Below the pieces are notes generated by a model. The model saw nothing but the letters and a program-made list of their open reading frames with translations, was not told the origin of the DNA and ran no database searches. Positions 1 through 8,580 of a stretch of 32,000 bases of DNA are shown here, piece by piece. The DNA is from Sinorhizobium meliloti. Its GTDB lineage: Bacteria > Pseudomonadota > Alphaproteobacteria > Rhizobiales > Rhizobiaceae. A program made the position numbers and the translations under genes. The first letter of the stretch is position 1, and each line of letters begins with the position of its first letter. The DNA lies in the NCBI RefSeq assembly GCF_017876815.1, contig NZ_JAGIOS010000002.1, forward strand, positions 180,001 through 212,000, read 5' to 3'.

Positions 1-60
1 GAGCGCGTGCGGGCGGATGCCGGGGAGCCGCGAGCCGCCGCCTGAAGCGGGCTGCTCCAA

Positions 61-930
61 TCACCTCTCCGCCAGCGAGCGGGCAATCTCGAAGAAGGCG
101 CGCACGAGCTTTCCGCCGCTGCGCTCCTTCAGGCAGATCAACGCCTCGTCCATCAGCATTTCGGCGCCCACGATCTCGATCGGCGCGAGACGTCCGTCCC
201 GGCCGAATTCCGCGGCTGAGACGAAGCCTACCCCGGCACCGGCCGCGACGATCTCCCGCACGGCCTCCCGGCCTTCCGCTTCGATGGCGGGCTTCAGGGC
301 GACGCCGGCGGCGGCTGCGAAATCCTCGAGCTTCTGCCGCGTCTTCGAACCGCGCTCGCGCATCACCAGCGGCTGGCCCGAGAGTTCCTCGAGACTGACG
401 GTACTTCGCCGGGCGATCGGATGTTCGGTCGATGCGAAAGCGATGATCGGCGTCGAGTTCAGCTTGACGATGTCGAACTCCCGGCTTTCGGGAACCTCGC
501 CGAGCACGCCGATGTCGGCCTCGTAGGAATAGAGGCTGGTGATGACCGTTTCCGTGTTGCCGGCCCTCAGGGAGATCTGAACCGACGGATATTTCTGACG
601 AAAGGCCGCGAGGATGTGAAGCAGATGGTGGGCGGCGTCGGCAACGATGCGAAGCGTGCCGGCCCGCAATGCGCGCGATTCCGAAAGCAGATCGAGCGCC
701 TGCTGCTCGGTGTCGAACATGCGGCGGGTGATCTCCAGCAGCTGGTGACCGGCCTGGGTCAGCGTCACCTGTTTCTTGTTCCGGTTGAAGAGGAGCACGT
801 CATATTCCTCTTCCAGCTTGCGCACCTGATCCGACACGGCCGGCTGCGTGAGGAACAGCGCCTCTGCCGCACGGGAGAAGCCTCCACAAACCGCAACATT
901 GTGGAACGCGCGAAGCTGGACGTAACGCAT
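61..930 (-). CDS. LysR-family transcriptional regulator, probably controlling the adjacent phosphonate genes
   Basis: 289 aa counted from ATG 930, which has an SD GGAAGGG 5-6 nt upstream; the track start at 942 is TTG. N-terminal wHTH reads MRYVQLRAFHNVAVCGGFSRAAEALFLTQPAVSDQVRKLE, typical of LysR proteins, followed by a C-terminal co-inducer-binding-type domain. Divergent from the Na/Pi-phn unit. Stop is TGA at 61-63. Confidence 0.9.
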   Translation of the reverse strand: MRYVQLRAFHNVAVCGGFSRAAEALFLTQPAVSDQVRKLEEEYDVLLFNRNKKQVTLTQAGHQLLEITRRMFDTEQQALDLLSESRALRAGTLRIVADAAHHLLHILAAFRQKYPSVQISLRAGNTETVITSLYSYEADIGVLGEVPESREFDIVKLNSTPIIAFASTEHPIARRSTVSLEELSGQPLVMRERGSKTRQKLEDFAAAAGVALKPAIEAEGREAVREIVAAGAGVGFVSAAEFGRDGRLAPIEIVGAEMLMDEALICLKERSGGKLVRAFFEIARSLAER

Positions 931-1038
931 GGGCCCTTCCAATCATAAGCTGATCTAATCAAACGATAGAAACGAACGATTTGATTTATGTAAAGGGAAA
1001 AGTGACGGTCTTCGGATTGGTTTCCGGAGCGATTGAAA

Positions 1039-2709
1039 ATGACTCTCGTTGCCCTCTCGCTGCATCTCGCCGGCGCGACCGTACTGCTGCTCTACGCGGT
1101 GCATCTCGTCCGCAGCGGCGTCGAGAACGCCTATGGCACGTCGTTGAAGCGTGTGCTTGCAAGGGGAGGGGAGCGACGCATTTACGCCGCCGCGAGCGGC
1201 ACGGTCCTTGCAGTCCTGTTGCAAAGCTCGACCGCCGTGGCAATGCTCGCCTCCGGTCTTTCGGCGAGCGGCTATCTTACCCTGAACACCAGCCTTGCCG
1301 TCCTGCTGGGAGCGGATCTCGGCTCGGCGCTGGTGGTTCGTGTTCTTTCGTTCGACCTGGGCTGGCTGTCGCCGCTCCTGCTTGCGGCCGGCGGGCTGCT
1401 TTACCTGAAGGGCAGAAGCGACAAGCCCCGCGAACTCGGCCGCATGCTGCTCGGCATCGGCTTCGTCCTCATGTCGCTGAAGCTGATCGGCGAGGCGACC
1501 TTGCCGTTGAAGCAGAGCGACGTGTTGCCCGCCGTCGTCGGCTATCTCGCGGAGGACCAGGTGACGGCCTTCGCGGCGGCGATGCTCTTCACCTGGATCG
1601 TGCATTCGAGCGTCGCGGTCCTGATCCTCATCCTGGGTTTTGCCGCACAGGGACTTTTGCCGGTCGAGGCAGGTCTGCCGCTGATCCTCGGCGCCAATCT
1701 CGGCAGCGGGTTGATCGCCATGTGGCTGACGCGCGGGTTTTCAGCCGAGGCGCGGCGCGTCGCGGCCGGCAATCTCCTCTTCCGGGCTTTCGGCGCCGCG
1801 ATCGCCTTGCTGGTGATCGGCCCCTTCTCGGCAGAACTTCAACATCTTGGCGCCACCGCGGCGGAGCAGCTCGTTCATTTTCATCTGGCCTTCAACGCCT
1901 GCCTCGTGATCTTTTGCCTGCCGCTCTCGCAGCTTGCCGCCAGCGCCGTTACGTCGCTCATCAAATCGGATCTCAAGAGCTCCGAAGACAGCGACACGCT
2001 TGCGCGACGAATCAGCGCGCTCGACCAGGCTCTGCTCGACAGCCCCGACGCGGCCCTCGCCGCCGCGACGCGCGAGGTGCTGTTCATGGGCGAGGTGGTC
2101 GAGCGGATGCTCTGTCCGGTGATGGAGCTTCTGGAGCATCCGAGCCCGGCGAAGATCGAGGAAATCCGCCGGCTCGACGGATATGTCAACCGCGCCCACC
2201 GCGACATCAAGCTCTATCTCGCAGCAATCCATCGCGGCGTGCTCGACGAGCGTCAGTCGCGGCGGGGTGTAGAACTCATCGACATCGCCATCAATCTCGA
2301 ACATGCCGGCGACATCGTATCCAAGACCCTGGTCGAAATCGCCCGCGACAAGCTGGAGAACGGCAACAACTTCTCCGACGAGGGCTGGACCGAGCTCAAG
2401 GCGCTTCACGCCAGCGTGCGCGACAACATGCGTCTCGCATTCAACCTGCTGGTGTCGGATGACCCGGTAATGGCGCGAAAGCTCGTCCGGGAGAAGGAGC
2501 GGGTACGCGCGCTCGTGCGGGAAAGTCACGAACGGCATCTGGCGAGATTGCGGGCCGGGCGCGCGGAAAGCGTCGAGTCCAGCAACATGCACCTCGAAGT
2601 CGCGCGGGCACTCAAGGAGGTGAACTCCCTCCTGGCCACGCTCGCCTATCCGATCTTGAAGCAGCGAGGGGATCTGCTCGAGAGCCGGCTTGCGCTCGTC
2701 AAAGGGTGA
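1039..2709 (+). CDS. Na/Pi-cotransporter family protein with C-terminal PhoU-like domains (YjbB type)
   Basis: 556 aa from ATG 1039, with GGAG 9 nt upstream; the track start at 1033 is TTG. Hydrophobic N-terminal half has duplicated QSS(T/S)A-type motifs (LLQSSTAVAML, IVHSSVAVLIL). The C-terminal ~230 aa is helical and charged, resembling PhoU repeats. Confidence 0.85.
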   Translation: MTLVALSLHLAGATVLLLYAVHLVRSGVENAYGTSLKRVLARGGERRIYAAASGTVLAVLLQSSTAVAMLASGLSASGYLTLNTSLAVLLGADLGSALVVRVLSFDLGWLSPLLLAAGGLLYLKGRSDKPRELGRMLLGIGFVLMSLKLIGEATLPLKQSDVLPAVVGYLAEDQVTAFAAAMLFTWIVHSSVAVLILILGFAAQGLLPVEAGLPLILGANLGSGLIAMWLTRGFSAEARRVAAGNLLFRAFGAAIALLVIGPFSAELQHLGATAAEQLVHFHLAFNACLVIFCLPLSQLAASAVTSLIKSDLKSSEDSDTLARRISALDQALLDSPDAALAAATREVLFMGEVVERMLCPVMELLEHPSPAKIEEIRRLDGYVNRAHRDIKLYLAAIHRGVLDERQSRRGVELIDIAINLEHAGDIVSKTLVEIARDKLENGNNFSDEGWTELKALHASVRDNMRLAFNLLVSDDPVMARKLVREKERVRALVRESHERHLARLRAGRAESVESSNMHLEVARALKEVNSLLATLAYPILKQRGDLLESRLALVKG

Positions 2710-2749
2710 TAAGCTAAATCGATGTATCAATATGAAATATCGATTTTAC
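2709..2749. promoter_or_regulatory. Candidate operator/promoter island upstream of phnW
   Basis: AT-rich island in otherwise GC-rich DNA. It holds the heptamer ATAAGCT (2709-2715), the dyad AAATCGAT-N15-ATCGATTT (2716-2746) and the octamer GATTTTAC (2742-2749). The heptamer recurs at 945-951 and 7314-7320; the octamer recurs at 7347-7354. Confidence 0.3.
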
Positions 2750-2810
2750 AGATACATTCGAGATCGCCATCCTCGCCCTGTCCCGGCAGTTCTCAAAGGA
2801 GAGAAACCAG

Positions 2811-4007
2811 ATGCCCGCAGATGCAAAGACGAATGACGTTCTCGAAGCGCCGAGATTGGGTGAGCCGTACCTGCTGACGCCTGGACCGCTGACCACCGCC
2901 TTTTCCGTAAAGGAGGCGATGCTGCGCGACTGGGGGTCATGGGACGGTGACTTCCGGGGCATGACGGCCGAGTTGCGTCGCGAACTGCTTGCGATTGCCG
3001 GAGACGAGAGCGGCCAATACGATTGCGTCCCCATGCAGGGCAGCGGCTCCTTCTCCGTGGAAGCCATGCTCGGCAGCTTCATTCCCCGCGACGGCAAGGT
3101 TCTGGTGCTGATGAACGGAGCCTACGGTCAGCGCATCGCCCAGACGCTCAAATATCTCGGCCGTGCTCACGTCTCGATCGACAAGGGCGACTATATGCCC
3201 CCGCGCGGCAGCGAGGTTGCGGCCGCTCTCGATGCAGATCCGGCAATCACCCATGTCGTGGTCGTCCATTGCGAGACGAGTTCGGGCATTCTCAATCCTC
3301 TCAAGGAGATTTCCGAGGCAGTCTACAGCCGCGGCCGCAAGCTGCTGGTCGACAGCATGAGCGCCTTCGGCGCGGTGCCCGCCGGTGTCGGTGATTTCCG
3401 TTATGAGGCGATCGTTTCCTCCGCCAACAAATGCATCGAAGGCGTTCCGGGTTTCGGCTTCGTCATCGCGCGCAAATCGGAACTGGAGGCTGCGAAGGAC
3501 CGCAGCCACTCGTTGAGTCTCGACGTCCATGCGCAATGGGCCTACATGAACAAGACGGGTCAATGGCGCTTTACTCCGCCGACCCATGTCGTCGCCGCCT
3601 TTCTCGAGGCGCTGCGGCTGCATCGCAAGGAAGGCGGCGTTGCCGGACGCGGCGCGCGTTACGCGAACAACCGCGACGTCATGGTCGCCGGCATGCGCCA
3701 GCTCGGCTTCGAGACACTGCTTGGTGACGAATGGCTCTCGCCCATTATCGTGACCTTCTTCAGCCCCGCCCATCCGAACTTCAAGTTCGAGCGCTTCTAC
3801 GAACTGATGAAGGCGAGGGGCTTCATCATCTATCCCGGCAAGCTCACCGTCGTCGACAGCTTCCGGATCGGCTGCATCGGCCAGATGGACTCGCATGTGA
3901 TGCAAAAGGTGGTCGCCGCCGCCGCCGAGAGCCTCGCGAAGATGAGGGTCGACACCGCCACCCCGCCGGCGCTCGCGCTCGCCGAGCGCGCCCGCCTCGC
4001 CGCCTGA
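2811..4007 (+). CDS. phnW: 2-aminoethylphosphonate:pyruvate aminotransferase
   Basis: 398 aa with SD AAAGGAGAG upstream. Class-V aminotransferase pattern: N-terminal LLTPGPLTT and PLP-lysine context SSANKCIEGVPG. Sits directly upstream of phnA and phnY. Confidence 0.9.
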   Translation: MPADAKTNDVLEAPRLGEPYLLTPGPLTTAFSVKEAMLRDWGSWDGDFRGMTAELRRELLAIAGDESGQYDCVPMQGSGSFSVEAMLGSFIPRDGKVLVLMNGAYGQRIAQTLKYLGRAHVSIDKGDYMPPRGSEVAAALDADPAITHVVVVHCETSSGILNPLKEISEAVYSRGRKLLVDSMSAFGAVPAGVGDFRYEAIVSSANKCIEGVPGFGFVIARKSELEAAKDRSHSLSLDVHAQWAYMNKTGQWRFTPPTHVVAAFLEALRLHRKEGGVAGRGARYANNRDVMVAGMRQLGFETLLGDEWLSPIIVTFFSPAHPNFKFERFYELMKARGFIIYPGKLTVVDSFRIGCIGQMDSHVMQKVVAAAAESLAKMRVDTATPPALALAERARLAA

Positions 4008-4034
4008 CCGATCACCCCTCCAGGAGCACAACAG

Positions 4035-5309
4035 ATGAACCAGATGTCCAAGATTTCGGTGACGGTGAATGGCCGCCGCTATCCGTGGCCCCGCGTACCG
4101 GCAATTGCGGTCTGCCTCGACGGATGCGAGCCGGCCTATCTCGATGCAGCGATCGACGCCGGGCTGATGCCCGCGCTGAAACGCATCAAGGAACGGGGCG
4201 CCGTGCGTCTGGCGCACAGCGTCATCCCGAGCTTTACCAATCCCAACAATCTCTCGATTGCAACCGGCAGTCCGCCGGCGGTGCACGGAATTTGCGGGAA
4301 CTACCTCTACGAGCCGTCGACGGGCGAAGAGGTGATGATGAATGATCCGAAGTTCCTGCGCGCGCCCACCATTTTCCAGGCTTTCTATGATGCAGGCGCC
4401 CGGGTCGCGGTCGTCACGGCGAAGGACAAGCTGCGGGCGCTGCTCGGAAAAGGGCTCCGTTTCGACGAAGGTCGCGCCGTCTGCTTCTCGTCCGAAAAAT
4501 CGGACAAGGCGACCCGCGCGGAGCACGGAATCGACAATGCTTCCGCCTGGCTCGGCCGGCCGGTTCCCGAGGTCTATTCGGCAGCGCTTTCGGAATTCGT
4601 CTTCGCTGCGGGCGTCAAGCTGCTCAGGGAGTTTCGTCCCGACATCATGTATCTGACGACGACCGACTATGTTCAGCACAAATATGCTCCCGGCGTCCCG
4701 GAAGCCAATTCCTTCTACGAAATGTTCGACCGGTATCTCGCCGAACTGGACGGGCTCGGAGCAGCCATCGTGGTCACCGCCGATCACGGCATGAAGCCGA
4801 AGCACAAGGCGGACGGCTCACCCGACGTCATCTATGTTCAGGACCTGCTCGACGAATGGCTGGGCAAGGATGCGGCCCGCGTTATCCTGCCGATCACCGA
4901 CCCCTATGTCGTGCATCACGGCGCGCTCGGGTCCTTTGCCACCGCCTATCTTCCGGACGGATGCGACCGCAGCGAGATCATGGCAAGGCTGAAAGCGATC
5001 CAAGGCGTCGACGTCGTGCTCGGCCGCGAGGAGGCGTGCCGGCGCTTCGAGCTGCCGGAAGACCGCATTGGCGACATCGTCCTCGTCTCATCCGAAAACA
5101 AGACGCTCGGCACCAGCGAGCACCGGCACGACCTGGCCGCACTCGACGAACCGTTGCGCTCCCATGGCGGGCTGACCGAGCAGGAGGTTCCCTTCATCGT
5201 CAACCGCGTGCTGCCCGAACTCCCGAACGCTCCCCGGCTGCGCAACTTCGATGCGTTTTTCTACGCGGTCACGGCGGCGGCCGAGGCCGGTGCGGAGGGC
5301 GGGCTATGA
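4035..5309 (+). CDS. phnA: Phosphonoacetate hydrolase (alkaline-phosphatase superfamily)
   Basis: 424 aa with SD CAGGAG 8 nt upstream. Alkaline-phosphatase-superfamily motifs [15 protein letters not shown] (nucleophile Thr context) and VTADHGM. Its stop overlaps the phnY start (ATGA at 5306-5309). Confidence 0.9.
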   Translation: MNQMSKISVTVNGRRYPWPRVPAIAVCLDGCEPAYLDAAIDAGLMPALKRIKERGAVRLAHSVIPSFTNPNNLSIATGSPPAVHGICGNYLYEPSTGEEVMMNDPKFLRAPTIFQAFYDAGARVAVVTAKDKLRALLGKGLRFDEGRAVCFSSEKSDKATRAEHGIDNASAWLGRPVPEVYSAALSEFVFAAGVKLLREFRPDIMYLTTTDYVQHKYAPGVPEANSFYEMFDRYLAELDGLGAAIVVTADHGMKPKHKADGSPDVIYVQDLLDEWLGKDAARVILPITDPYVVHHGALGSFATAYLPDGCDRSEIMARLKAIQGVDVVLGREEACRRFELPEDRIGDIVLVSSENKTLGTSEHRHDLAALDEPLRSHGGLTEQEVPFIVNRVLPELPNAPRLRNFDAFFYAVTAAAEAGAEGGL

Positions 5310-6763
5310 CGAAGGCGGAGGTCATAATCGCGGTGCGCCACGAACCGATGCGAATAGCCGGCCGCCTTGTCGACACGGACGACCGCGTAGAAGTCCGCTA
5401 TCCCTGGAACGACACTGTCGTCGGCACCGTACCCGCCGGCCGCGCCGAACACGCAAGAGAGGCTTTTGCGATCGCGGCCGCCTATCAGCCGAAGCTCACG
5501 CGCTACGAGCGGCAGAAAATCCTGCTGGCGACCGCGGAGGCGCTGGCCGCCCGCAAGGAGGAGATTTCCGACGTCATCACGCTGGAACTCGGCATCTCGA
5601 AGGCGGACTCGCTCTATGAAGTCGGGCGCGCCTTCGACGTCTTTACGCTTGCCGGCCAGATGTGCATCCGCGACGACGGCGAGATCTTCTCCTGCGACCT
5701 CACGCCCCACGGAAAGGCGCGCAAGATTTTTACGATGCGCGAACCCCTGACCGCAATTTCGGCGATCACCCCGTTCAATCACCCGTTGAACATGGTGGCG
5801 CACAAGGTCGCGCCGGCGATTGCGACCAACAACTGCGTGGTGGTGAAGCCGACCGAGCTCACGCCGATGACGGCGCTGCTGCTCGCCGACATTCTTTACG
5901 AGGCCGGCCTGCCGCCGGAAATGCTTTCGGTCGTCACCGGCTGGCCTGCCGATATCGGCATGGAAATGATCACCAACCCGCATGTCGATCTCGTCACCTT
6001 CACGGGCAGCGTTCCTGTCGGGAAGCTGATCGCCGCCAATGCGCACTACAAACGCCAGGTACTCGAACTCGGCGGCAACGACCCGTTGATCATCCTCAAC
6101 GACCTGTCCGACGACGACCTCGCCCGGGCCGCCGACCTTGCGGTCGCCGGGGCCACGAAAAATTCCGGCCAGCGCTGCACGGCAGTCAAACGCATTCTTT
6201 GCCAGGAGAGCGTCGCGGACCGTTTCGTGCCGTTGGTTCTCGAACGGGCGAAACGCTTGCGTTTCGGGGATCCGATGGACCGGTCTACCGATCTCGGGAC
6301 CGTCATTCACGAAAAGGCGGCGGCACTTTTCGAAGAGAGGGTGATGCGTGCGGCGGAGGAGGGGGCCGACATTCTCTACCATCCCGGGAGAAGCGGCGCG
6401 CTCCTGCCACCGATCGTCGTCGATCGGGTGCCGCATCAGTCGGACCTCGTGCTGGAGGAGACCTTCGGTCCGATCATACCGATCGTGCGGGTTCCCGACG
6501 ACGATGACGCAACGATCACCCTGTCGAACTCCACGGCCTTCGGTCTCTCCTCCGGCGTCTGCACCAATGATTACCGCAGGATGCAGAAATACATAGCCGG
6601 GCTGAAGGTCGGAACGGTCAACATCTGGGAAGTGCCCGGCTATCGCATTGAAATGTCGCCCTTCGGCGGAATCAAGGACTCCGGAAACGGCTACAAGGAA
6701 GGCGTGATCGAGGCGATGAAAAGCTTCACCAACGTCAAGACTTTTTCGCTCCCTTGGCCGTAA
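5306..6763 (+). CDS. phnY: Phosphonoacetaldehyde dehydrogenase (NAD-dependent ALDH family)
   Basis: 485 aa from ATG 5306 ([14 protein letters not shown]...). ALDH motifs ELGGNDP (Glu), GQRCTAVKR (catalytic Cys) and [10 protein letters not shown]. The 4856-5305 part of the 635-aa track ORF overlaps phnA out of frame and is Arg/Pro-rich, so I excluded it. Confidence 0.9.
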   Translation: MTKAEVIIAVRHEPMRIAGRLVDTDDRVEVRYPWNDTVVGTVPAGRAEHAREAFAIAAAYQPKLTRYERQKILLATAEALAARKEEISDVITLELGISKADSLYEVGRAFDVFTLAGQMCIRDDGEIFSCDLTPHGKARKIFTMREPLTAISAITPFNHPLNMVAHKVAPAIATNNCVVVKPTELTPMTALLLADILYEAGLPPEMLSVVTGWPADIGMEMITNPHVDLVTFTGSVPVGKLIAANAHYKRQVLELGGNDPLIILNDLSDDDLARAADLAVAGATKNSGQRCTAVKRILCQESVADRFVPLVLERAKRLRFGDPMDRSTDLGTVIHEKAAALFEERVMRAAEEGADILYHPGRSGALLPPIVVDRVPHQSDLVLEETFGPIIPIVRVPDDDDATITLSNSTAFGLSSGVCTNDYRRMQKYIAGLKVGTVNIWEVPGYRIEMSPFGGIKDSGNGYKEGVIEAMKSFTNVKTFSLPWP

Positions 6764-6785
6764 GGAAACTTGCCCCCGAGTAGTA

Positions 6786-7245
6786 CTAGGGCATGTTCAT
6801 ATCTGCTCCTCTGGCGGGAGCCGTTGCCATGGGGAGAAACCGGCTTCCAGTTATGCGGTCTGCCGACGGCATCGCTTGGGAGAGGTGAAGGTCAAGCCGC
6901 TTGTCGTCTCCCCCCTTGTGGGGGAGATGGCCGGCAGGCCAGAGGGGGTTGAACGCCAAACTCTGCATCCGCCGCAGACGAATTTGCCGCGAGCATACCC
7001 TGCAGCACTCCGAAGATGCAGTCATACGACTGCGTCACGTAGTCTTGATGGGCGAGCGGGAGAGCAGACCCCCTCTGGCCTGCCGGCCATCTCCCCCACA
7101 AGGGGGGAGAATACCTGCGGCGGGCCCTCGCTCCCGCTTCTGCGTTCTGCCCGTGGCATCGTTTTGGGCATGCGAAGGTCAAACCGTTTATCGTCTGCCC
7201 CAAGGCAATGGTCCCGCGGGAGGGTCAGATGTGTATATGCCCTAG
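6786..7245. repeat. MITE-like / rhizobial intergenic mosaic element (RIME-like), non-coding
   Basis: Imperfect terminal inverted repeats of about 49 nt (6786-6834 vs 7198-7245, roughly four-fifths identical by eye) begin CTAGGGCAT and end ATGCCCTAG. AGTAGTA flanks both ends (6779-6785 and 7249-7255). Internal ~60-nt direct repeats lie at 6854-6914 and 7141-7201, and there is a perfect 41-nt inner inverted repeat. Only short repeat-derived ORFs lie inside. Confidence 0.7.
6909..7108. repeat. Perfect 41-nt inverted repeat pair enclosing a 118-nt core
   Basis: 6909-6949 (TCCCCCCTTGTGGGGGAGATGGCCGGCAGGCCAGAGGGGGT) is the exact reverse complement of 7068-7108. Each arm also contains its own mini-hairpin CCCCC-TTGT-GGGGG. 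Confidence 0.9.
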
Positions 7246-7262
7246 TCCAGTAGTAGAGGAAG

Positions 7263-7287
7263 GGAGCGGCCCGATGGCCGCTCCTTT
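7263..7287 (+). terminator. Rho-independent-type terminator after the phn operon and repeat element
   Basis: 9-bp GC-rich stem GGAGCGGCC / GGCCGCTCC with a CGAT loop (7263-7284), followed by TTT. Confidence 0.5.
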
Positions 7288-7313
7288 CGTCTCGAGACCC
7301 TGCGCGAAGCTAT

Positions 7314-7366
7314 ATAAGCTGGAACAATACTTATATAAAATAAATAGATTTTACTTATCGATCTAT
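7314..7366. promoter_or_regulatory. Candidate LysR-type operator(s)/promoter of the ABC importer
   Basis: Two T-N11-A-type dyads in an AT-rich island: ATAAG-N11-CTTAT (7314-7334) and ATAGAT-N11-ATCTAT (7344-7366). It shares ATAAGCT and GATTTTAC with the phnW upstream island. It lies about 100-150 nt upstream of ATG 7469. Confidence 0.35.
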
Positions 7367-7468
7367 CCCCCGCAGATTTCCCAGGCAGGGCGGATTTCAG
7401 GGCGCGCAAGTCGCCGTTGCCGCCGCGAGAGCTTGCCAATTCGAATGCCAACAAAAAGGGGAATTAGC

Positions 7469-8491
7469 ATGCCGTTTTCAAAGATCTTCCTGGGTGCGGG
7501 GACTGCCCTCATCCTCGCATCTTCCGCCGCCTATGCCGAAACCGAGCTCACGGTCTACACGTCCATCGAAGCGGTCGACCTCGACCGTTACAAGGAGACC
7601 TTCAAAAAGGCCCACCCCGACATCAAGATCAACTGGGTCCGCGACTCCACCGGCGTCATGACGGCCAAGCTTCTGGCGGAGAAAGACAATCCGCAGGCCG
7701 ACGTGGTCTGGGGCGTGGCTGCGACATCGCTGCTGCTGCTGAAGTCAGAGGGCATGCTCGAACCTTATTCTCCGAAGAATGTAGAGGCGCTCGACCCGAG
7801 ATTCGTGGACGGCGACAAGCCGCCGAGCTGGGTGGGCATGGACGCATATGTGGCGGCTCTCTGTTACAATACCGTGGAGGCCGGGAAGCTCGGCCTGACG
7901 CCGCCAACCAGCTGGAAGGATCTCACGAAGCCCGAATACAAGGGCCATGTCGTGATGCCCAACCCCAATTCCTCCGGCACAGGCTTCCTCGACGTCTCCG
8001 CCTGGCTTCAGACGTTCGGCGAAGAGGAAGCCTGGTCTTTCATGGACGCTCTGCACGAGAACATTGCCGCCTATACTCATTCGGGCTCCAAGCCTTGCAA
8101 GATGGCGGCATCAGGCGAAACCGTCATCGGCGTATCCTTCGAATTCCCGGGCGCCAAGGCCAAGACGTCGGGTGCGCCCATCGATATCATCTTTCCTTCC
8201 GAAGGATCGGGTTGGGAAGCCGAGGCCACGGCGATCATCGCCGGGACGGCCAATCTCGAGGCGGCGAAAACGCTGGTCGACTGGTCGATCAGCAAGGAAG
8301 CCAACGAGATGTACAATGTCGGCTATGCCGTCGTGGCTTATCCCGGGGTCGCAAAGCCGATCGAGAACCTTCCCGACGACGTCGCCGACAAGATGATCAA
8401 GAACGACTTCGAGTGGGCCGCAAACAACCGCGCCCGCATTCTGAAGGAATGGCAGAAGCGTTACGACGCGAAATCCGAGCCCAAGTCCTGA
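7469..8491 (+). CDS. ABC transporter periplasmic substrate-binding protein (Fe3+/2-aminoethylphosphonate-binding family, phnS-like)
   Basis: 340 aa from ATG 7469 with SD AAAGGGG upstream. Signal peptide MPFSKIFLGAGTALILASSAAYA/ETE. The family call rests on overall resemblance to class-II SBPs and on genomic context with the phn genes. The 7208 track start lies inside the repeat element and was rejected. Confidence 0.85.
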   Translation: MPFSKIFLGAGTALILASSAAYAETELTVYTSIEAVDLDRYKETFKKAHPDIKINWVRDSTGVMTAKLLAEKDNPQADVVWGVAATSLLLLKSEGMLEPYSPKNVEALDPRFVDGDKPPSWVGMDAYVAALCYNTVEAGKLGLTPPTSWKDLTKPEYKGHVVMPNPNSSGTGFLDVSAWLQTFGEEEAWSFMDALHENIAAYTHSGSKPCKMAASGETVIGVSFEFPGAKAKTSGAPIDIIFPSEGSGWEAEATAIIAGTANLEAAKTLVDWSISKEANEMYNVGYAVVAYPGVAKPIENLPDDVADKMIKNDFEWAANNRARILKEWQKRYDAKSEPKS

Positions 8492-8580
8492 TCCGCATGC
8501 ATCTCCCGGGAACGTTCGGCGCTTGGCCACGAGCGTTCCCGTCAAGTCCCATCGAATGCATATTGCCCAGGAGCTTGCGG

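Noticed and set aside
1-45. A possible 3' end of a + strand gene (...ERVRADAGEPRAAA*, stop at 43-45), convergent with the LysR gene.
   Set aside because: Only 14 codons are visible, which is not enough to support a call.
2937-4805. 622-aa minus-strand ORF. Similar long antisense ORFs: 1741-2730, 5261-6436, 17959-18987, 21046-22512, 25921-27300 and 30429-31823.
   Set aside because: Each lies antisense to a gene with clear family motifs. Their translations are Arg/Ala/Pro/Gly-rich with no recognisable domains. This is the typical shadow-ORF behaviour of high-GC DNA with GC-rich third codon positions.
4856-5305. N-terminal 150-codon extension of the phnY track ORF.
   Set aside because: It overlaps phnA out of frame and is Arg/Pro-rich. 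The ALDH homology begins at MTKAEV (ATG 5306), which is coupled to the phnA stop by ATGA.
6770-7253. Several 60-125-aa ORFs on both strands, for example peptides containing PLVGEMAGRPEG or PPQGGR.
   Set aside because: They are translations of the palindromic repeat arms, and the same peptide-like strings appear on both strands because of the inverted repeat. They have no SD or start context.
7208-7468. Long N-terminal extensions of the SBP ORF (start 7208), the ATPase ORF (start 8095) and the rhodanese ORF (start 24963).
   Set aside because: The extensions run through the repeat element or the upstream gene or intergenic DNA. Internal ATGs (7469, 8581, 25155) have good SD sequences and give proper signal peptides or N-termini.
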